A program made the position numbers and the translations under genes. Under the pieces are notes generated by a model. It saw nothing but the letters and a program-made list of their open reading frames with translations. It did no database searches and was not told where the DNA came from. This document shows positions 13,872-24,875 of a DNA stretch of 64,000 bases, piece by piece (position 1 is the stretch's first letter; every line of letters starts with the position of its first letter). This DNA is from Octopus vulgaris (lineage: Eukaryota). The stretch spans positions 69,440,001 through 69,504,000 of the forward strand of contig OX597823.1 of NCBI GenBank assembly GCA_951406725.2, in the 5' to 3' direction.

Positions 13872-15761
13872 TGTATGTATGTTTCAATGTATGTATGAAT
13901 GTGTGTATGTATGTATGTATGTATGTTTCGATGTATACTTGTGTGCCTGTGTATGCGTGTGTGCGTGCGTGTATGCGTGTGTATGTCTTTATATTTGTTT
14001 TGCATGTGTATAAATGAATGCAAGTTTTTTTTTTATTTATTTTCTATTAAGCTTTATATATATACAAATCATTTACGCCTACCGAGGAAGCATATATAAG
14101 CTCCCTATCTCTCTTCCTCCCTCTCTTTCTCACTCTGCATATATGTGTGTGTATGTGTGTCTGTGTGTGTAGTCATAAATACATACATATATATGTGTGC
14201 GTGTATGCGCTTGTATGCGCGTGTGTGCTTGTGTGCGTATGTATGTATAAACGCACACATATCAACAACACGCATTCATACATGCAAAAGATTTTACGTA
14301 TGCATAGAATTATCGCATGGAAGCCTAAGGTTTATTCTAAGAGCCATGACGTAACTGAAGTTCCATGGCATTTATTCTATTACATGCTAGAACGTATTTG
14401 GCTAGGTTTCCGCCTATTGCATGTAGGTTGCCTAAATGATCTTGTAATTGATCCCAAGAAGATACACCTAATAGGAATATAAATCTATATATTGTAAAAA
14501 GGCTAACCATATATCATACTAAATACATGTATTAAGGGATGCCAATTACATTTCTATTAAATTCGTAGTGCAATATTAGTGAAGCAAAATTCTTGCAGTT
14601 GTCATTTCTAGTTAGGATCATTTCGGGCGCCATCGAACAGACCTGTAACCAAAGTATACTATCCCTGACTGTTTTGTCTTATATTCATACTTTGTTTACT
14701 TAGAACTACATCAGTCTACATTTCGTTCGTTTCGTATTTAAGTGAAAGATGTGACTTCAGGTAGATTTAGCTTCTACTTCTTTAAGGCGCTCATGTCGTG
14801 GACCGTAACAGAAATCTCCCAAATTCTCTCTTGTAGCTTTTTACATACTAACGCAAGAAATTCAACGCAGTACTATGAACAGTGCATTTCTGCTACAATA
14901 CGGCCCTTTAGAACCAATTTAAAAGCATTTCTTTGAAATATCGGTTGCTGAACACAGAGTTGTAGAGCAAACCTCACGTTGTCCCTTTAACAAATCACAT
15001 GCCGTGGCTCTCTTGGTATGGCTCTCTTGGTATGTGAAATATCGATGAGTTATTATGGAAGGAAAGAAGGGAGGAAGACCTGCGAGAATAACGATGATAT
15101 GCAAAACGAGGTGAGAGACAATACAGATATAGTTTTTGATAACGATACTGGTGCTGCTTATGGAATTGTTGCGTTGTGATGAAAAGAGTGTTAAGTGTAG
15201 TCAAAATTTGGTGAGAGATTATACAATGTATGAGGTTGACAAGAAGATGACTATGATGATGATGATGATGATGATGTTGATGATGGCGGTGGTAGTGGTA
15301 GTCCTGGTGATGATATTAACTTAAACAACGATCTGAAATTTGCGTTGTAAAGCAGTAAAATTAAGAATCTTATTTTTAAACCCTCTTATTTGGTTCTTTC
15401 ATTCTTCTATTGTCTCCCACTTATATTTTATTCGAGAAATTCTGAATCATGATTTATGAATAGTTTAAACATTTACGTTCGTATTTGTATAACTAGTTTC
15501 ATGTGTCTTTTACAACCCCTTAAATATTTGCTATTCAGATTTAAATGTTTGAATATTTTGGGCTTGGATACTTAATTGATGCAAAAATAAAAAAGACAGA
15601 GAAGTATAAAACGAAAATAAATTCATTCTTTAGAATTTTCAATCATTTCGTAAAATAACATTACATAAAATTCAATGAATCTCATTCCGAAAAATATGTT
15701 TTTGGTAAGAAGTAATAAAGTTTCACAATAAACGACTAAATAAACACGCAAACACATACAA

Positions 15762-15815
<54 letters not shown>

Positions 15816-16533
15816 ACACACGCACATATACATGTATGCACATAGGTACACATACAAGCACCTGCATATACACAGATGTATGGACATTCAGATACAGTGT
15901 AGAAGAAAAGCTGAAACAAACTCAGACATAATTATATTTTTCCCACGAATCTTAGATTCTTTGGAATATTCCAGTTGCACTCATATGTTGTGACCGATCA
16001 TTAACATTTAGTAACGTCTCCATTCATACAGAGGAATGGCAGGTACATCCTCTAATAAAAATATATATTCACTTACAAACAAGCATGGAATTGTTTTGTC
16101 CAATAGGAATTTGCAATCTACGATTCCTGATAAAGCGTCTGTCTCTTAAATGCAATCACACTAAAGGTATGTTCATAAATCTTTGTCACCTGTCGTATTT
16201 GAGAGCACTCGTGCTTCATGACAGTTTTCTATGTCAGTTTTTTCGCTTAACAGACCTACCAACCATCTTTAGGGCTTGAAAATACAATCTCAAACACTGG
16301 CACTTCCCCTCCGACTCTCAAAATACTTTACTCTGGTCCTCAGCAGCTACAAATCCTCTACAGCGGTCAGAGATTAAATGTACTGACATCTTGGAGCGCA
16401 ATGAGAGATAGTCTACTTGCCTAATTGACATCTAGTCACTCGCGGTTAGAATCGAACCTCAGGCAGACAGTGTTACTCTTTGCTCTTTCTCTTCATTATT
16501 CTTCTCTCTCTCCATCCCTCTCCTTCTCTTTAT

Positions 16534-16578
<45 letters not shown>

Positions 16579-17100
16579 CTTATTCTACTGCTACTCATAT
16601 CAGTGTCCCTTTGAGCTGGCTGGTCATGATATCTTCATTCAGCTGTTCTCTATTTACTTGCCTTTCCTCCTCTCATGACCATGTTGCACGTTCCCCTCCC
16701 ACCCACAAATGAGCAGCACGAACCACGACGCTCATTATATCCGTCTAAGAGTGTCACTCTGTTGGAAGTGCCATCGTGCATATGTCCTTCTTACATTCGT
16801 AGATATATATCAGTTTAAACGGAACATTAACATGATCGATCTGACTGGTTTCTGAAGGCCTGGAAACGAAAGGTCCACAGCTCCTTCCTCCATACAAAAT
16901 TGTGTGAATGACTGATTTTTCCTGGTTAGTTTGTCATTTTACAAATTACTATGAAATATTTCACTGACATAAAGTTCAGACAAATTGAAGGAGATCAAAT
17001 GATACAGAATAATGGTAAATACTAGTGTTTCGGACAGGATTCAGCTGCATAGATAAAGGAAAAAAATCCCCAGAAAACAAGTAATAAACATATGCCCACG

Positions 17101-17175
17101 GCCATATGGCATCTTGGTTAAGAGTGTGGGCTACTAAACCCAAGATTCCGAGTTCGATTCCAAGCAGTAACCTGA
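17101..17175 (+). mobile_element. tRNA-like SINE head / tailless tRNA retrocopy followed by (AAT)n
   Basis: TGGCATCTTGGTTAAG A-box and GAGTTCGATTCC B-box, but no acceptor stem. Confidence 0.55.
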
Positions 17176-17178
17176 ATA

Positions 17179-17240
<62 letters not shown>

Positions 17241-17400
17241 TGCGCTGTTTACCTTGATATGAGATCACCATGTCGCGCACATATGGTTGTGATGCATGTG
17301 CCTGGTGTACCCTTATCAGACGGGTAGTCATGATGGGTATATTGGGCTTCGTATATTCTACTCCAGTGTCACTTTGATGGCATGCACTGCTCTCTCACTC
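17241..17400 (+). repeat. Dispersed repeat fragment ending in (AAT)n
   Basis: GTCACTTTGATGGCA.GC.CTGCTCTCTCA.TCAATAATAA also occurs inverted at about 41740-41800. Confidence 0.6.
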
Positions 17401-17453
<53 letters not shown>

Positions 17454-17479
17454 TAATAATAATAACAACAACAACAACA

Positions 17480-17668
17480 TCGAAAAATATCTTAGGAATG
17501 AGAACCCAGGTTCGAAATTTCCCCTAAGACACCTTAAGAATGCTGGAGGGTATATCAGCCGAAACGGTGTGTTAACAACAAACAAGATTAGAACAAATAT
17601 CCGCCGAATGTAAATAATATAATAATAATGTAAATAATGTACATAATTCTTCCACATCTCTTAAATAA
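17480..17668 (+). mobile_element. Probable PLE pLTR remnant with degenerate hammerhead (17528-17573), next to (AAT)n
   Basis: GACAC-CTTAAGA-A-TGCTG(gagggtatat)CAGCC-GAAA-CGGT-GTGTT. Confidence 0.5.
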
Positions 17669-18619
17669 AAAACTGAAGTAATAAACACTTAAGTATGAAA
17701 TAAAGTGGAAGAACAGTAGTGGGAAATTTAGAAGGGGTTGTGGTGAAATTGTTTTAAAAATTTCAATATATCTGATCAGAAGTAATAGGGCACTCACGTT
17801 TATTCGCATACACATGAAATGAAAGCAGGAAGTAGTGTTAAAATGCTCAAAGTTACAGGCTACTAACGTTGACACAGAGGTCAAATTAAACCCTAACTTA
17901 TAGCATCATCAAACCCCAACTTATACCATCATCTTGTTTTCTGAAAATGGGTCTACATGTAACTTTACAATTTACCTATCCTTTCAGCACATGCTTTATT
18001 CGATATTTCAGAAAATTTTTCAAATGATTTTTACTGATTTCAATCAACATTTGTGAATGTCTATGAACTGTAGATTCTCTTTTCCTGTGATGGCTAACAT
18101 TAAACACAGCGATTAAAAGAGATTGGCATGAAACAAGCAGCTGCTTTTAGAAATCACGTGAAAATTGTGAATATAAATTCAGACTTAAATATTTGTGCAG
18201 TAAAGAAACAGCCGCTGCAGGGTATCAATCCTAAATATTATTAGCTTTGAAAAGCATAATGTTAGGAACAATGCCACAAAGATCATATGTAATTATCGGG
18301 ATGTATGATGAGTCCGTCATCATGGCTCGACGGAAATATAAGCTCTGCTCAACAAAAGATGAAGGTAGAGAAGCAGAAATTTCATGGTTTAACTTCAACG
18401 CTGATATCACTACCAACACCTTCCTCACCATCACTATACGAACTTCATGATGGCAAGCCAGTGCAACAATTGTTAGATATCATTACTTGTCTTTTACTGA
18501 CAACACCACCACTGGACCACCACCACCACCATGTTTGTATCATCATCAGTATAATATTCCAGTTCCATGCGTCTATACCTGAACTGCACGAGCCAAAATT
18601 GAAGCCACCCCGTCCTCAC

Positions 18620-19000
18620 TCAACTTGCTAGGAATAGCGGCTAAATATACAAATTACATCAGAAGAGAACGCGTTATATCGTCTGATACAGGGTTCTATG
18701 TAGATAAGAAATATAGGAGATTGCTATGTCTGGAATGGCGTTTATCACGGGGGTCTAAATGACCACAGCTGATGTGGGTTTAAAATCAGCAACTGCACCC
18801 CACGTAAACTTGACGTGCTAGAATTAGCAGCTAACTTAACCCAGGAATCACATGTAACCGCTTCAAAATAGCGAAGGACACATCGATATGGTCTTGGTTA
18901 TACTATTCCCAAAAAGACAGAGTACTCATGGAAGGAAAAACTTTGAACATAGATCTGCTTATTCAGAGCAACGTGGGTCTGAAAAACAACAACAACAACA
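18620..19000 (-). repeat. Old dispersed repeat (two tandem copies; others near 220-540, 10820-11010, 14610-14830, 51470-51640, 54520-54690, 56520-56710, 61190-61260)
   Basis: Recurrent CTTGCTAGAAATAGCAGC.AAAT...TGGAATG.CTTTGATCA.AG.TCTGCT...CAG.GCTGAC.TGGG..TAAA.CAACAAC-like pattern, highly diverged. Confidence 0.55.
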
Positions 19001-19096
19001 ACAATAATAGATAGCAAAAATGGAAGTAAATTCCAAGCTTTTCTTTGGTGCTTTTTTGTATAATTTAGTAAAATGATGAAAAGTGGAGTATTTCTA

Positions 19097-19575
<479 letters not shown>

Positions 19576-19576
19576 A

Positions 19577-19717
<141 letters not shown>

Positions 19718-20140
19718 CTAGCCCCGTAAATAGTTGCTGACTCTTAGTTTAGTCAATAGTCTGTTGATAAATATGCTATTATGAGTACGTAAATGAGTAT
19801 AACATTTTGTCTTTTACTTACACTATTTGTCGAATACATTTGTAAGTTGCTTTCTCTCTTCTAAGGAAGAAATTATTTCTTTTTCAGAGAACAAGCATTA
19901 GGATTGAATCAGAGTAGAGTGTACAGGTGAGTCAAGATATGAAAATCATATCTAAAATGACCAAAACTCACTGTACGCCATGGCAGTGCCTGCCAAACTT
20001 TTCAGGAAGTTAGTGTCCCATGGTACACACGTGCACACGCGCGCAGGAACACACACACAAGCACATACGCACACTTATATACATAAAAATATCTCCAAAC
20101 CCGAACGATATACACATACACATACAAATGTACAAATATG

Positions 20141-20184
<44 letters not shown>

Positions 20185-20313
20185 TAAAAAGAATTCCAAC
20201 CTTGTCTGATTTTCACGTTTTATTTACAATCTTATAATGATATATTATAAGATAATATATTATAATTGAATAAAATAAAATGAAATAGTAGAATGTTAAA
20301 TATTCATTCTGAT

Positions 20314-20358
20314 TGAACTAGTACTTTCATGCATTGAATTCTGCAATCTTCGGGTTCA
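20314..20358 (-). ncRNA. Minimal hammerhead ribozyme in the inverted pLTR
   Basis: Reverse complement of 27604-27648. Confidence 0.75.
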
Positions 20359-20852
20359 TGTAGTAGTGTTGACAGTCATGCTTCACAATTTTTGACTGTA
20401 GCAAGATGAGTGATTCTGTGCTATAAATACAGCTGGGTAGGCTCCAGAGTGCTAGGTTTTGCAAACTGTATTCTGACCAATCAGTGTGTAGTATCACTCA
20501 ATTACTTAAGCTGATTGGTTGGTTGAGCTGATTGGTTTAGGCATCACGCTTTGTTGGACAGGTCAAGAGTCCTGTATCTTGACCCTGGCCGAAGCAGCAA
20601 TTGTTGGGTTATTTTTAGAAATGTTGTAAATATCCTTTGTCAGAGATTTTTATATTTTTATATTTCAATTGTCATCATCATCATTGTCAGCACCTTAATT
20701 ATTGTTGCTAGTGGTGATGGTGGTGGCAATAGAACTTTTAACCCTAAATAAGATAATTTTCCTGCTATCTTCGTCTTGATCACCTTTAGTATTGTTGTTG
20801 TTGTTAGTGGTCATGGTCGTAGCAGTGGAAGTAATACCTCTAAGTATTATTA

Positions 20853-23109
20853 TTATTGCTTATTTAGCTTGGGTTCGAATTTATCAATAAAATTCTTTTC
20901 TCTGATTTTCCTCTCGATTTCACTTGGGCTGTGTAATTTGTAGAATGGAAATATTATATATATTTTCCGACCACATGTTGCTAGGTGGTTACTCAAAGGT
21001 ATCTGACGGACCTCTGGGTCTCTAATCTGTTGCCGGTGTACACGTGAGCGTTCTAATAGTGCGTTTCCCGTCTGACCTACATATATTTCTTCACAATTTG
21101 GGCATTTGATGCAGTAAATTAAATTTCTGCTTTTGCAGTTCATATTCGCGTTTGTGAATATTTTCCCGGTTTTTGTGTTTATATATTGACCGGTATGTAT
21201 GAATTGGCATGTGCCACATCGGCTATCATTGCATTTAGATACCGTGAATGTTTGGTCTTTGTTGCTGAGGTCAAATTTTGCCTTTGTTAGTAATGTTTTC
21301 AAGTTTTTAGGCTGTCTTTTACTAAGCACCATAGCTCGATCCTTGATTATGTCTTTTAATTCATTACTTTGGGCAATGATTGGTAGGTTTGCTTTGGCAA
21401 TGTTGAAGATATTCTGGTGACATGGGTTGTGTGTCACTATGAATGGTATGACTTGTTCTTGTTTTCCTCTTCCTTGGGTTGTCCTAAGTTGTTGTATAGG
21501 TATTTTTATAGCCCGCTGTATGCCATTTTCTATAAGTAGAGATGGGTATTTTTGTTTGAGCAAAAATTCTCTTAGTTCTATTAGGCGTTTGTTCCTGATA
21601 TTTGCATCTTCTACAATAGTACAAATTCTTCTGGCTAGGCAGTATGGGATGTTACGTTTTGTATGTGGTGGATGGCACGACTTAAAATTTAGGTATTGAT
21701 GTGTGTCTGTGTGTTTATAGTATATATCTGTGGTGATGGTGGTGTCTTTTTTAATTACCATTATATCCAGGAATGGTAATTTGGTACTACTCATCTCCTT
21801 TGTAAATTTGAGAGATGGGTGTAGGTTGTTCAGGAGGATATTGAACTCTTCCAGAGTATTTAGAGATTCTGTCCAGATTATGAAACAGTCGTCTAGGTAT
21901 CTCTTCCATGCCTTTTCAATATACTTTCTAAATCCAGTGCCATAGTTTACCTCCACCTCTTGGTAGAGTTGTTCTTCTAAGTATCCCATTACAGAGTTGG
22001 CGTAAACGGGAGCAAACCTCGTTCCCATCGCCGTGCCTCTAATTTGGATGTAATTCTTTCCATTGAAGAAGAATGTGTTATTTTCTAGAATAAGTTTGAC
22101 TGTGTCTAATATAAATGGCACTGTGAATCTGCTGGGAATCACTTCTCTATGTTTTTCTAACCAGTATTTAGTCGCCTTTATTCCTAAATCGTGTGGAATA
22201 TTGGTGTAGAGGCTTACCACATCAAAACTTAGTAAAACTGAATTTGTTTCTGTTGTTTTGGGAAGATGGGACAGGAAGTCGATGTCATCCCTGATGAAAC
22301 TTGGTATGTAAGTACATAGTGGTTTCAAAACAATGTCAATAAAATTGCTTAGACGGTGTGTAGGGCATGCTGGACCAGCTATAATAGGTCTAAGTTTTAG
22401 GTCTTTTGGATGTAATAATTTTATGTACTCACTTTCTTGTTCTTTTACTGCCTGTTGAATGTTTTTTGATTTGTGTATTTTTGGTAAGCCGTAGAAGTTG
22501 CTGGGTTTTGGTTCAAAATTGGTGATGTAGTCTTTTTCATTATCCGTAAGTGAGTTGTGGTGTGTTGAAATCAGGTTGTTGATCTTTTTCATGATGTGGT
22601 GGTCTATATTTGCGGGTATTTCACAATAGAAGGTTGTATCCTTCAGTTGGTCTTCAACCAAATCCTTATAGTATTCGGTATCCATAATAACAATTGCACC
22701 ACCTTTATCTGCTTGTTTAATTATTATTGTTTGATCGTTTTGTATACGTTTACATGCAGACATCTCTGATTTGCTAATGTTTGGCCTAACATTGGTATTG
22801 CGTCTAAGGGGAAATTTAGACAGGATATCAATGTATTGGTCAAGGTAGTTATTTCTTCCTTTTGGTGGGGTGAAATTTGATTTATTCCTTACTAGGGATT
22901 CATCAATCTCATTACTTTTGTTAGCGAAGAATTCTACAAGTCGTAATTTTCGACAGAATTTTTGGATATCCTCCTTTAATTCTTGGTGGTTGGCTGTTGG
23001 TGTAGGTGTGAATTTCAGTCCTTTTGACAGAAGTTGGATTTCATCATTGTCAAGATCTCTTTTTGATAAATTAATTATTTTAGGATCTATACGTTCAGTT
23101 GTTTGGGGT
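20853..23109 (-). CDS. Inverted, 5'-truncated copy of PLE-1 ORF2 (ATG-defined part 22763-20853)
   Basis: Protein identical to 25199-27109. The arm mirrors 24853-27786 and lacks ORF1 and the slippery site. Confidence 0.9.
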
Positions 23110-23155
23110 CAAGATACAGGACTCTTGACCTGTCCAACAAAGCGTGATGCCTAAA

Positions 23156-23269
23156 CCAATCAGCTCAACCAACCAATCAGCTTAAGTAATTGAGTGATAC
23201 TACACACTGATTGGTCAGAATACAGTTTGCAAAACCTAGCACTCTGGAGCCTACCCAGCTGTATTTATA
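23156..23269 (+). promoter_or_regulatory. Putative Pol II promoter in the pLTR: three CCAAT boxes plus a TATA-like element
   Basis: CCAATCAG at 23156 and 23173, CTGATTGG at 23207, TATTTATA at 23262-23269. Confidence 0.5.
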
Positions 23270-23332
23270 GCACAGAATCACTCATCTTGCTACAGTCAAA
23301 AATTGTGAAGCATGACTGTCAACACTACTACA

Positions 23333-23377
23333 TGAACCCGAAGATTGCAGAATTCAATGCATGAAAGTACTAGTTCA
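23333..23377 (+). ncRNA. Minimal type I hammerhead ribozyme (U4C core variant) in the 5' pLTR
   Basis: TGAAC-CCGAAGA-T-TGCA(gaattcaa)TGCA-T-GAAA-GTAC-TA-GTTCA. Helix I TGAAC/GTTCA, helix II TGCA/TGCA, palindromic helix III AGTACT. Predicted cleavage after CUA (23372). Confidence 0.75.
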
Positions 23378-23582
23378 ATCAGAATGAATATTTAACATTC
23401 TACTATTTCATTTTATTTTATTCAATTATAATATATTATCTTATAATATATCATTATAAGATTGTAAATAAAACGTGAAAATCAGACAAGGTTGGAATTC
23501 TTTTTATTAATATATTCTTCTATACACAATCACACACACCCATATATATATATATCTATATTCCTATTGTGTATATGCCAAC

Positions 23583-24875
23583 ATGTCTGGAAAGCAACAA
23601 ACAAAATTAACAGAATCCGAAAGAATTCTAATGGAAATTTCATCGAAATTATCAACACTCATCACGATGATTGACACACAATCCTCTATTTTAAAGGAAA
23701 TAGAAAAACAGTCTACAGACGGAAAACTTGGAAATGAACACATAAACTCTGAAATTAAGAATTTAGCTGAAATGATACCAACAATTATAAAATCTACAAG
23801 AGAAAGCCTACCACAACCTCCTTGGATGTCAGAAATAAACGAAAGAAATCTGGAAAAAGAGGCACACCGAAAAAGAGAAGAGATACAGAAGACATGGAAA
23901 AAACTCCTTAACATAAGAAAACAAAACTTCTGGAAGGCATATAAATGCGAAAAATATGCTGAAATACATTCGAAATGGATATCTTTAGCGGCACCCATAC
24001 TTCCTCGGAAGTACCTAATTAAAGAAATTGCAGGAGAACCAGAGGAAGAAACTAAACTTCGATGGGACCTTAGTTTGATAAAATTCAGGACCGACATCTC
24101 CATTACCCTGTCTAAACAATCCCGCTACAAAGCCAAATACGAAGCTATCGATGATCAAATCAGAGATGAAATATCCAAACTAACGACCGGCAATATAGCA
24201 GAAAAAATGCGAGAACTATGGATCAGAGATATCTCAAAAGAAGAAAGCAGATCAAGAAAGTTTTGGCAGCGGAAACAATTATTTCTCGACAAATATGCTA
24301 CAAATTACGGTAAAGACACCAGAACTCCGAGAAATAGCATTAAAAGTGGACAACCTCACCAACGCAACATACACCAGAACACGTGGCAACATGAACACCC
24401 GTTTCACCACGAATCGAAGACGAACTACGGTAAGAACTCTTCCCATTTTGTATGCAAACACCCTAATGCACACAACATGAACAAAAAGCACAAACAAAAT
24501 AGATATTGTTTTGAACAGACCATTAGCAGTAGAAATAACAGGAGATCATTTTCAAGACCTCAACAGAGATTACCCACAAGAAACTGGACAAAAAACCGAT
24601 CTAGATCTAGAAGTAAACCCAGATCATTTCTCCAGGTGGTTAAAAACAATGCTAACAAGAAATTGAAAAGTAGCATACATAATACCAAAAACAAGACAGA
24701 AAACATAACGAAACCAAGTAAAGTACCACAACCAAAACGCAAAATTCATCAAGCAAACATCAACAGGAATATAAATCATAACCAGAAAAAAATCCATTTT
24801 TTTACGTCAGGACAACAAACACCGGAGAAAGAAAAAATCCAAGAGGAAACATACCCCAAACAACTGAACGTATAG
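23583..24875 (+). CDS. PLE-1 ORF1, 430 aa: N-terminal predicted coiled coil, conserved helical middle domain, basic/RS-rich low-complexity C-terminus
   Basis: Long uninterrupted ORF starting 28 nt after the 5' pLTR. Clear homology to 34459-35628 (RKxxFW, WI...ILPRK..IK.I..EP, FR..I, ID, W.....KEE..S...W, F..KY). Confidence 0.85.
   Translation: MSGKQQTKLTESERILMEISSKLSTLITMIDTQSSILKEIEKQSTDGKLGNEHINSEIKNLAEMIPTIIKSTRESLPQPPWMSEINERNLEKEAHRKREEIQKTWKKLLNIRKQNFWKAYKCEKYAEIHSKWISLAAPILPRKYLIKEIAGEPEEETKLRWDLSLIKFRTDISITLSKQSRYKAKYEAIDDQIRDEISKLTTGNIAEKMRELWIRDISKEESRSRKFWQRKQLFLDKYATNYGKDTRTPRNSIKSGQPHQRNIHQNTWQHEHPFHHESKTNYGKNSSHFVCKHPNAHNMNKKHKQNRYCFEQTISSRNNRRSFSRPQQRLPTRNWTKNRSRSRSKPRSFLQVVKNNANKKLKSSIHNTKNKTENITKPSKVPQPKRKIHQANINRNINHNQKKIHFFTSGQQTPEKEKIQEETYPKQLNV

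Larger units (their letters stand above)
23106..23555 (+). repeat. PLE-1 5' pseudo-LTR, including tail and internal (AT)7
   Basis: Direct repeat of 27377-27826. Contains CCAAT boxes, a TATA-like box, a hammerhead and AATAAA (23467-23472). Confidence 0.92.

Noticed and set aside
17178-17480. Repeat-spacer-repeat pattern as CRISPR-like array
   Set aside because: The repeats are simple (AAT)n tracts, the context is eukaryotic, and there are no cas genes.
20176-23109. Inverted arm as a pure assembly fold-back artefact
   Set aside because: The arms differ at two or more sites and have different termini (tail versus no tail). The junction has microhomology, and PLE-2 shows the same architecture. 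Not fully excluded without reads.
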